Shown here: positions 19,667-28,013 of the stretch, piece by piece | Layout of the letters: each line of letters begins with the position of its first letter | Position numbering within the stretch: position 1 is the stretch's first letter | Origin: an uncultured delta proteobacterium | Lineage (GTDB): Bacteria; Myxococcota; Myxococcia; Myxococcales; Myxococcaceae | Reading direction: 5' to 3' | DNA length: 64,000 nucleotides | Assembly: GCA_963776345.1 (NCBI GenBank) | Contig: CAVZMH010000015.1 | Coordinates: 352,001 to 416,000, forward strand | Position numbers and translations under genes: made by a program | The notes under the pieces: generated by a model | What the model saw: only the letters and a program-made list of their open reading frames with translations | What the model was told of the DNA's origin: nothing | Databases searched by the model: none

Positions 19667-22600
19667 CTGGTCTCTCCCGGATTCCTGATGCGGGTGAGGT
19701 AGCTGACGTTGGGCTGCACGTTCAGCTCGGCCAGCAGGTGGTAGCTGCGCGCATCACGGGCCAGCGCGGCGACCTCGCTCTTCGGGTCGTTCAGATCGCC
19801 GAAGACCAGCGCCCGGGTCGGACAGCTCTGCTGGCAGGCGGTGGCCACCTCGCCGTCGGCCAGCGTCCGCCCCTGGCGCTTCGCCTGCGCCCTCCCCTCC
19901 TGGATGCGGTGGACGCAGAGCGAGCACTTCTCCATCACCCCGCGGCTCCGGACGACCACGTCCGGGTTGAGCACCAGCCGCTCCACCGGGTCGTCGTGCC
20001 GGTAGTCGAACCAGTTGAAGCGCCTTACTTTTGGTGGACAGTTGTTGGCGCAGTACCGGGTTCCCACGCAGCGGTTGTAGACCTGCTGGTTCAGGCCCTC
20101 GGCCGAGTGCACCGTCGCCAGCACCGGGCACACCGTCTCGCAGGGGGCGTTGGCGCAGTGCTGGCACATCACCGGCTGGTGGAGCACCTCCGGGCTCTCC
20201 GGGTCGCCCGCGTAGTAGCGGTCGATGCGCATCCAGCTCATCTCGCGGTTCCGGAGGACCTCGGTTCGGCCCACCACCGGGATGTTGTTCTCGGCCTGGC
20301 AGGCGACGATGCACGCGCCGCAGCCGGTGCAGGCGCTGAGATCCACCGCCAGGCCCCACTTCGGGCCGGGCACCGGGTGCGCGCCCCACGCGGAGTCAAG
20401 CGGCTCCTCGGGCGGGTTGCCCGCGGCCGGGTCGGCGAGGAATGCGGCGAGCGTGGCCTCGCGGATGTGCGGGCGCCCCTCGAGCGAGGCGTGCACCTGG
20501 GAGCGCGCGAGATCGCGCCGGCCCTCGGCGCTGCGGACCCGGGCCCGGCGGCTGAAGCGCACCCGGCCGCCGCGCATCTCGGCCAGGGGGAAGGCATCCG
20601 CCCCGATGCCGTTGCCCACCGCGCCGGCGCCGGTCCGGCCGTACCCCAGCGCGAGCGCCAGGACGTTCCGATGCGTGCCGGGCTGGACCACCACCGGCAC
20701 GGTGACCGTCCATCCTCCGGCGCTGACCTGGACCAGCTGTCCGTCGGTCCACCCGAGCTGCCGTGCCCGCGCGGGCGAGACGCAGGCCACGTTGTCCCAG
20801 GTCACCTTGGTGATCGGATCCGGCAGCTCCTGGAGCCAGCCGTTGTTGGCGCCTCGCCCGTCGTGCAGGGTGAGCGAGGGGTGGAGCCAGAGCTCCAGCT
20901 CGTCCGGAGCGCTGGAGCTCGCGCCCATCACCGACTCGCCCGGAGCGGCGCTCGCCGCGAGCAGCGGCCCGAGCGCTCCCGGGCGGAGCGCCGGCGCCGC
21001 GGCCCCGGCCTTCACCTCGACGAAGCCCGCCTGCAGCGTCCGCTCCCAGAACGCCTCGAAGCCCTCGCCCGCGGCCGCGGCCCCGCGGAAGACCTCGGCC
21101 CGGAGCCGCTCGCGCACCGCCTCGTGCGCCGAGACGCGGCCCGCCGGGACGCCGGACCAGGTCTGCAACGACTCGAGGGCCGAGCGGGTCTGGAACAGCG
21201 GCCGGAGCGCCGGCTGGCGGACGGTGAGGAGGCCGAGGCCGGGCGAGGCGTCGCCCCACGACTCGGCCGGGGCGTGGTCCGGGGCGAGGTACCCCACCCG
21301 CGCCCCGGTCTCGTCGGCCCGATCGTTGGTGGCGAGGACCAGCGGCGTCTCCCGCAGCGCCGCGCCCAGCCGCGCGCCCTCGGGGTGTGCCTGCACCGGA
21401 TTGTTGCCGAGGAAGAGGACGGCCCCGGCGCGGCGGGCCTCGAGGTCCGCGAGCAGCGTCTCGAACGACGCGGTGCCGGCGGGGACGGCGGCGCCGGCGC
21501 CTGGCTCGAACGTGGTGCCCTCGGCGCCGAGCAGGAGGTTGGCGGCGAGCGCCAGCGCCTGCGCGCCGGGGTCCGCGACACCGGTGATGACCAGAGCCCG
21601 TGGCGCCGAGGCGCGCAGCTCCGCGGCGAGCCGGTCGAGCACGCCGGCGGAGAGCGACGGCTCCGGCATCTCCGCGCCCCTGGCGAGCGCGGCCCGCTGG
21701 GGGTGCACGCTGGACCGGGCCAGACGGCGAACGAGCGCGGCGAGCGCCGGGACGAGCTCGCTCGGCGCCACCTGCTCGCGGCGGTCCGCGTTGGAGCCGG
21801 TGAGGGTCATCGCCGGCTCCAGCTGCCAGTGCCGGGCGAAACCCGCGGGGTGTCCGGTCCTCGCGTGCTCCTCGCCCTTGCCCTCGCGCCGCTCGGAGAG
21901 CGGGAGCCGGCGGCCATCGGCGTACTGCCGGGCGAAGGCGACCGGGTCGAGCCAGGTGCCGAGGAAGTCGGCGGCGAACGCGGCGATGGTACGGGCCCGG
22001 TCGAGGTGAAACCGGGGCAGCGCGCGGACGCCGAGCAGCGCCTCGGACGCCTCGGCCAGCGAGGAGACCTCGCCGGTGGAGTCGAAGCGGACCACCCGCG
22101 CCGAGGGCCAGGCGGCGAGGAACCGCGCCAGCACCGACTCGAACGTCGGCCCGGTGACGGCCGGGGCGACCAGGTAGATCGCTCTGCCCGACACGGCCGC
22201 GGACTGGAGCCCCTGGAGCACGCCCCTGTCGAGCGCGGCCCAGGGCACGGACTTTCCGGCGAGCGTCGGGGTGCGCGCCCGGCTCGAGTCGTACAGCGAG
22301 AGGACCGAGGCCTGCCCCGCGGCGCAGAGGCCGCCCCGGCTCCAGGGGTGCTCGGGGTTACCCTCGACCTTGATCGGCCGGCCGTCGCGCGTCTTGAGCA
22401 GCACGCCGCACTGGGCGGGGCAGCCGGCGCACGCCGAGGCGTAGAAGACGGAGTTGCCCGGGACGAGCTCCTCGGGCTTGGCCAGGTAGGGGATGACCTT
22501 CGCGACCGGGGCGCGCTGGCAGCCGGCCAGGGTCACCGCGGCGGCGGACAGCCCCATCATTCCGAAGAAGCCGCGGCGCGAGACCTCGGCCGGAGCCGGC

Positions 22601-22698
22601 CCGGGCCCGGGCCGCTCCGGCTGCGGCACGCGCTGCCAGCCGCCGGCGTCGGCGCCTTCGACCGTCTCCAGTGTCTGCCAGTGGCGTCGCTCGGACAT
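19663..22698 (-). CDS. actB: alternative complex III subunit B (molybdopterin-oxidoreductase fold + Fe-S)
   Basis: Tat motif SRRGFF + lipobox [36 protein letters not shown]; four Cys clusters ([40 protein letters not shown]). Confidence 0.95.
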
Positions 22699-22704
22699 GG
22701 CTCT

Positions 22705-23223
22705 CTAGTGGTGGCAGGCCGCGCAGTCGGTGGGCGGCTGCAGGCGCTTGGCCTGTTCGGGGTCGGCGAGGGTGTTGCGGTGACACTCGAGACACCAGCC
22801 CATGGTCATGGTCGCGACCTGCTGGATGCGGACCATGGTCTCCACCGGGCCATGACAGGTCTGGCACACCAGCCCCGCGGAGACGTGGTTCTGGTGGCTG
22901 AACCAGGCGAAGTCGGGGAGCCGGTGCACCCGCACCCACTCGATGGGCCGGTTCTCCGCCACCGCCTTGGTGAGCGCCACGATGTCCGGCGCGTCCTTCT
23001 TCACCTGGCTGTGGCATCCGAGGCAGAGCTGCGCCGACGGGACGCCCGAGTGGCGGCTCTGCGCCGCGCCGAAGTGGCAGTACTCGCAGTTGATCTGGAA
23101 CTGCCCGGAATGGAGCGCGTGCGAGAAGGCGATGGGCTGCGCCGGCTCGTAGCCCTGCTGGGTGAGAAAGCCGTTGTCACAGCCCGCGCCCAGGGCGAGC
23201 GCCGCCAGGACGAGCCGCCTCAT
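22705..23223 (-). CDS. actA: alternative complex III subunit A (pentaheme cytochrome c)
   Basis: QPIAFSHALH; five CXXCH (CEYCH, CLGCH, CQTCH, CLECH, CAACH); WVRVHRLPDF; MGWC. Confidence 0.93.
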   Translation of the reverse strand: MRRLVLAALALGAGCDNGFLTQQGYEPAQPIAFSHALHSGQFQINCEYCHFGAAQSRHSGVPSAQLCLGCHSQVKKDAPDIVALTKAVAENRPIEWVRVHRLPDFAWFSHQNHVSAGLVCQTCHGPVETMVRIQQVATMTMGWCLECHRNTLADPEQAKRLQPPTDCAACHH

Positions 23224-23888
23224 GGCGCGCTCCGGGGCCGCTCGGCGCCGGCCCAGAACTCGAACCAGGAGCGGATCCACTGCGGCGGGTAGCTGCTGAA
23301 GGGCAGCAGCGCCAGCGCCAGGAAGGAGCTGGCCACGTGGGCCTGCGGCCAGAAGCCCATGCCGGAGAGCCCGCTCACCTCCGGCCGGAGGGTGAGCAGC
23401 GAGCGCAGGTACGGGACGAGCACCGTGGTGTACCAGGCCGCGCCCCAGCGGTCGGTCACCGCCACCACCACGCCGGTGAGGGTCGCCGCCAGCACCGCCC
23501 CGAGCGAGGCGAGCTCGAGCCCGGTCCGCAGCCGGCCGAACCGCGGGTCGCGGATCCGTCGCCATCCGGCCAGGCCGACCCCGACCAGGAACAGCGCGCC
23601 GCCCATCCACCCCACCAGCTCCACCGCGACCAGCAGCGGCCGCCAGGAGAGCACCGTCAGCGAGGTCGAGGGGAAGAGGAGCGGGACCAGGTGCAGCGGG
23701 ATGAGCACCAGGCAGCCGAACCAGGTGAGCCAGGCGGCGAAGTTCGACCGCTCCGTCACCAGTGCGGGCTGGAGCTCGGGAGCGCGGACCGCCGCGATGA
23801 CCGCCTTGCGGAAGAGGATGGCCGGGACGAGCTGCCCCAGCGCCACGTAGGGCAGTACCACGAAGAGGAGCACGGCCTGGAGGCTCAT
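23220..23888 (-). CDS. NarI-like (nitrate reductase gamma family) membrane cytochrome b, only two His
   Basis: LFVVLPYVAL N-terminus, WRR, PYLRSLLTLRP, H-x11-PFS; five TM; stop overlaps actA start. Confidence 0.8.
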   Translation of the reverse strand: MSLQAVLLFVVLPYVALGQLVPAILFRKAVIAAVRAPELQPALVTERSNFAAWLTWFGCLVLIPLHLVPLLFPSTSLTVLSWRPLLVAVELVGWMGGALFLVGVGLAGWRRIRDPRFGRLRTGLELASLGAVLAATLTGVVVAVTDRWGAAWYTTVLVPYLRSLLTLRPEVSGLSGMGFWPQAHVASSFLALALLPFSSYPPQWIRSWFEFWAGAERPRSAP

Positions 23889-24700
23889 CTCTGCCCTCCC
23901 CCGCCGCCCCGAGCTTTCCACCCGATGGCCAGCGCGCCGATAATCGCGCAGGCGCCGAGCACTCCGAGCTCGAGGAGGTCGCGGCTCTTCCTGGGCCGTG
24001 TGCCGTCGCGCGAGAGCGAGGCCAGGTAGGCGCGGACCGCGTACGACTCCTCCTCGGTGGGAGCCCGGCCGGCGTAGGCCTGCTTCTCCACCGGCGAGGC
24101 CAGCAGCGCGTCCGAGAGCCCCTTCTCGTGGCGGCGCGCCCAGACGAACGTCAGGTCACCCCCGAGCGAGCCGCCGCCGAGCAGCTGCTCGCCCCGGACG
24201 TCGTGGCACCCTGCGCAGGGCGGGCCCCCGGCCGAGAAGCGCCGCGTCCCGAGGAAGTACTCCCGCCCCGCCGCGATCTCCTCGGGCGTGGCGTCGATGG
24301 ACAGCTTGGGGCCGCCGACCGGGGTGCAGCCGTCCTTCTCGGTGCAGGCGGCGAAGAAGACCAGCAGCTCGTCGATCTGCGCCGGCGTTAGAGCCTGCTC
24401 CGGCATGCGGACGCCGTTGAACATCTGGAGCAGCTCGAGCGCGGTGGGGTCCTTGCCGTCGAGCATCGCCGTGGGGCTGGTGAGCCACTTCTTGATCCAC
24501 GCGGGCTCGCGGCGCTGGTCCACCCCGAGGAGATCCGGACCGATCTTGTTGCCTTCCCCGAGGGTGTGACAGCTCAGGCACTTCTGCCCGAAGAGCAGGC
24601 CGGCCGGCGACGCCTCGGGCGAGACGCCCGCATCCGGTCCGGGGGCAGCGAGGACGGTCGGGGCGCAGGCCAGGACGACGGCCAGCGCCGCGCTCTTCAT
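23885..24700 (-). CDS. membrane-anchored diheme cytochrome c (NarC-like)
   Basis: Signal peptide; CLSCH..GPDL..MP; F.G.RRF..GGPPCAGCH..GGGSLGGDLT; C-terminal TM. Confidence 0.8.
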   Translation of the reverse strand: MKSAALAVVLACAPTVLAAPGPDAGVSPEASPAGLLFGQKCLSCHTLGEGNKIGPDLLGVDQRREPAWIKKWLTSPTAMLDGKDPTALELLQMFNGVRMPEQALTPAQIDELLVFFAACTEKDGCTPVGGPKLSIDATPEEIAAGREYFLGTRRFSAGGPPCAGCHDVRGEQLLGGGSLGGDLTFVWARRHEKGLSDALLASPVEKQAYAGRAPTEEESYAVRAYLASLSRDGTRPRKSRDLLELGVLGACAIIGALAIGWKARGGGGGQR

Positions 24701-24761
24701 TCCGCGGAACGGGGTCACGTGCGGCCGGCCTCGAAGCAAGCGACGGGCCATCCGTCGCGCC

Positions 24762-25427
24762 TCAGTGGCACACCCGTCCAGCCTCCGAAAGAAGCGCGCG
24801 GCTTGCGATCACCACCGCCGCGAGCGCAGGAATCGCCCTCCTGGCCCATCGGGCTCCCCGGCCCTGGCCGCGGAGGAACGCGCCGGTGGGCAGCTGCGAC
24901 AGCGCCAGGGCCGGCACCGCGCCGGCGCCGAAGGCGGAGAGCGCAAACGCTCCGCCGAAGAATGACCCGGCGGCGAGGCTCGCGGTGAAGGCGCCGTACA
25001 GAAGTCCGCATGGAAGCAGGGGAGTCAGTCCGCCGAGCGCAATGGCGCGAGCGGTCCGGGGCAGCTTTTGCGTGCACCCCGCGGCGCGACGCATCATTTG
25101 CGCGAGCCCCGGAACGGCTGGCAACCGGTTGCCGAGATCGAGCGCCGCGACGAGCAGCGTGGCCACCAGGATCCAGGGCGCCACGGGCAGGAGCGAGACC
25201 TCCAGGATCCGCGTGGCGCCCCCGCCCAGCGTGCCCAGGAGCCCTCCCACGACGCCGTAGGCGGCGAGTCGTCCGAGCTGGTACCCGAGCACCGGCCCGA
25301 GCCGGTCCGGTCCGCTCGACGAGGCGGCGCACGCCAGCGGGCCGCACATGAGGAAGCAGTGCAGGCTGGAGGAGAAGCCCACCACCGCGGCGGCGACGGC
25401 GGTCGAGAGAAGGAGCGGATCGACCAT
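24762..25427 (-). CDS. DsbD_2 / TauE-SafE family protein (cbb3 assembly-associated)
   Basis: SLHCFLMCGP, YQLGRLAAY, LLPCGLLY. Confidence 0.88.
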   Translation of the reverse strand: MVDPLLLSTAVAAAVVGFSSSLHCFLMCGPLACAASSSGPDRLGPVLGYQLGRLAAYGVVGGLLGTLGGGATRILEVSLLPVAPWILVATLLVAALDLGNRLPAVPGLAQMMRRAAGCTQKLPRTARAIALGGLTPLLPCGLLYGAFTASLAAGSFFGGAFALSAFGAGAVPALALSQLPTGAFLRGQGRGARWARRAIPALAAVVIASRALLSEAGRVCH

Positions 25428-25440
25428 CGCCGGCCCGTGG

Positions 25441-25462
25441 AGCAATTGGCATACCGTTCGCA
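25441..25462. promoter_or_regulatory. two overlapping divergent sigma54-type (-24/-12) promoters
   Basis: Plus strand TGGCATACCGTTCGCA (25447-25462); minus strand CGGTATGCCAATTGCT (25456-25441); both GG-N10-GC. Confidence 0.6.
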
Positions 25463-25478
25463 GCCAGGCGCGGGCCGG

Positions 25479-27869
25479 GTGTCCGCCTCCGCCTCCTCCA
25501 CGCACTGCCTGCACTGCGGAAGCCCCGTCGCCGATCCGGGCCGGGGCGCCTTCTGCTGCGCCGGATGCGAGGCGGTGCACGGGCTGCTCGTCGACCAGGG
25601 CCTGACCCGCTACTACGCGCTGGCCCGTGGGGCGGTGCTCCCCGCCTCCTCGGCCGAGCGGGCGCGAAGCCACGCCTGGCTCGATCCGCTCCGGACCGCG
25701 GCCGAGGCCACCGTGTCACCGCTCTGCGCGCTCGAGCTGGACGTGCAGGGCATCCACTGCGCGGCATGCGTGTGGCTGATGAACGAGCTGTTCCGCCGCA
25801 CGCCGGGCGGCGCCGGCTTCACGGTGAACCCCGCGCTGGGGAAGGTGCGGATGCAATGGAGGCGCGGCGGCTTCGACGTCGAGCGCTTCGTCTCCGAGGT
25901 CGAGCGGTTCGGGTACGCGTTCGGCCCGAGCCGCAAGACGACCCCCAGGCCCTCCCGAGATCTCGTGGTGCGCCTCGGCGTCTGCGCGGCGGCGACGATG
26001 AACGTGATGCTCTTCTCGTTCTCGTTCTACTTCGGGCTCTCGCCCGGGGACGGGTCCACCTTCTCGCTCTTCACCTGGGGAAGCCTCCTCCTCGCCACGG
26101 TGGTGGTGCTGGTGGGCGGCTGGCCCTTCTTCCGGGCCGCGGCGCGCGGGCTCTCCCGGGGGCTGCTCCACCTCGACGTCCCCATCGCGCTGGGCATCAC
26201 CCTGGTCTACGCGCTCTCGGTGGTGCAGACCTTCCAGAACCGCGGCGACCACGCCTACCTGGACACGCTCTGCACCTTCATCACCCTGATGGTGCTCGGC
26301 CGGTGGCTGCAGCAGCGGGTGCTGGACCGGAACCGCCGCTTCCTGCTCGAGGACGACGGCTCCGACGCGCTGGCGGTCCGCCGCCGCGAGGGCGGGACGG
26401 TGGCGGTGGTGCCCGCGCCGCGCGTCGCCTCGGGGGACTCCCTGGTCGTCGCCCCCGGGGACCTCCTGGTCGTCGACGCGACGCTCACCCAGCCGGGCCG
26501 GTTCTCGCTCGACTGGATCACCGGCGAGCCCGAGCCGCGGGGGTTCGCCGCCGGAGAGACCGTCCCGGCCGGGGCCTTCAACGCCGGGCGCAGCGCCGTC
26601 GAGGCGCGGGCGACGCAGTCGTTCCAGCAGTCGGTCCTTCCGGCGTTGCTCGCGGCGCGCCCCGACGGTGAGACGCGGGACGCCAGCGCGCGGTTCTTCG
26701 ATCTCCTCGCCCGGTACTACGTGCTCACGGTGCTGGCGCTGGCGGCCGTGGGCACCTTGCTCTGGGCTCACGCCGGGGCGCAACGGGCGGTGGACGTCGC
26801 GGTGGCGCTCCTGGTGGTCACCTGCCCGTGCGCGCTGGGGATCGCGATTCCCCTCGCCCACGAGCTGGTGCACGCCGGCCTGCGCCGGCGTGGAGTGCTG
26901 GTGCGCGCGCCCGATCTGCTGGATCGGCTGACGCGCCTCCGCACCGTCCTCTTCGACAAGACCGGCACCCTCACCCTCGGCCGGCTCGACCTGGTGGAGC
27001 CGCACAACCCGGGACAGCTCGCGCCGGAGGTGCGCGACGTCGCGTACCGGATGACCACCGGCAGCAACCACCCGGTGTCGCGCTGCCTCGCCCGTGCGCT
27101 CGCTGGCGCTGGCGCGCGGGTCGACGAGCCGCTGCAGTCGGAGGAGATCCCCGGCCGTGGACTCGAGCTGGTGCGTGACGGCCGCCGCTACCGCCTCGGG
27201 GCTCCGGGCTGGGCCGTCCCCGGCGCGAGCGCCGCGCCCGGGGTCACGCTCCTCTCGATGGACGGCGCGCCGCTGGCCCGCTTCGTCACCCGCGAGGCGG
27301 TGCGTCCGGGCGCGCAGCGCCAGCTGGCCCGGCTCCGTGCCGCGGGCCTCGAGGTGTGGCTTCTCTCCGGAGACGCACGCGGACGGGTCGAGGAGTTCGG
27401 CCGCGCGCTCGGGCTTCCGAACAACCGGGTGCTCGGCGAGCTCTCCCCCACCGGCAAGGCCGAGGTCGTCACCCGGGTGGACCGGCGCGACACGCTGTTC
27501 ATCGGCGACGGGGTGAACGACAGCCTGGCCTTCGCCGCCGCGTTCGCCGCGGGTACCCCGGCGGTGGACCGCCCGGTGATGCCCGGAAAGTCGGACGTCT
27601 TCTTCCTCGGCGAGAGCCTGGAGGGTCTCGGCGAGCTCCTGGCCGCAGCGCAGTCCTTGCGCACCGTGGTGCGCCGCATCCTGGCCATGGCGCTCGCCTA
27701 CAACGCGCTGGCGGTGACCGTGGCGATGCTCGGACTGGCCACCCCGCTGGGGGCGGCGGTGGCCATGCCCGCGAGCTCGCTGGCGATCCTCCTGGCCACC
27801 ACCGGCTGGCTGGCCGGGAATCGCCGCGCTCCGGCGGCGGCACCGAAGCTGCACGAGGCGCCCGCGTGA
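25479..27869 (+). CDS. ccoI: heavy-metal (Cu) P1B-type ATPase CcoI/FixI
   Basis: CLHCG..FCCAGC N-terminal domain, IHCAAC, TGE, CPCALG, DKTGTLT, GDGVND. Confidence 0.93.
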   Translation: MSASASSTHCLHCGSPVADPGRGAFCCAGCEAVHGLLVDQGLTRYYALARGAVLPASSAERARSHAWLDPLRTAAEATVSPLCALELDVQGIHCAACVWLMNELFRRTPGGAGFTVNPALGKVRMQWRRGGFDVERFVSEVERFGYAFGPSRKTTPRPSRDLVVRLGVCAAATMNVMLFSFSFYFGLSPGDGSTFSLFTWGSLLLATVVVLVGGWPFFRAAARGLSRGLLHLDVPIALGITLVYALSVVQTFQNRGDHAYLDTLCTFITLMVLGRWLQQRVLDRNRRFLLEDDGSDALAVRRREGGTVAVVPAPRVASGDSLVVAPGDLLVVDATLTQPGRFSLDWITGEPEPRGFAAGETVPAGAFNAGRSAVEARATQSFQQSVLPALLAARPDGETRDASARFFDLLARYYVLTVLALAAVGTLLWAHAGAQRAVDVAVALLVVTCPCALGIAIPLAHELVHAGLRRRGVLVRAPDLLDRLTRLRTVLFDKTGTLTLGRLDLVEPHNPGQLAPEVRDVAYRMTTGSNHPVSRCLARALAGAGARVDEPLQSEEIPGRGLELVRDGRRYRLGAPGWAVPGASAAPGVTLLSMDGAPLARFVTREAVRPGAQRQLARLRAAGLEVWLLSGDARGRVEEFGRALGLPNNRVLGELSPTGKAEVVTRVDRRDTLFIGDGVNDSLAFAAAFAAGTPAVDRPVMPGKSDVFFLGESLEGLGELLAAAQSLRTVVRRILAMALAYNALAVTVAMLGLATPLGAAVAMPASSLAILLATTGWLAGNRRAPAAAPKLHEAPA

Positions 27870-28012
27870 ACGTGCTGATCCTCCAGGTGTTCGTGAGCCT
27901 GATGCTGGTGCTGCTGGCCGTGCTCGGCCTCCTCTACAGCGTCAAGCACGGCGATCACGAGCACGCCGATCGATTGTCCCTGCTGCCCCTGGAAGACGAC
28001 GAGGGAGACTGA
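27866..28012 (+). CDS. ccoS: cbb3 oxidase maturation protein CcoS/FixS-like
   Basis: 48 aa, single TM followed by VKHGDHEH..LLPLEDD; between ccoI and ccoN. Confidence 0.75.
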   Translation: MNVLILQVFVSLMLVLLAVLGLLYSVKHGDHEHADRLSLLPLEDDEGD

Positions 28013-28013
28013 C

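Noticed and set aside
19738..23292. Very long antisense or alternative-frame ORFs (e.g. 19738-23292+, 37522-40395+, 57269-60178+, 27942-30611-)
   Set aside because: Shadow ORFs typical of high-GC DNA that overlap well-supported genes and have no recognisable motifs.
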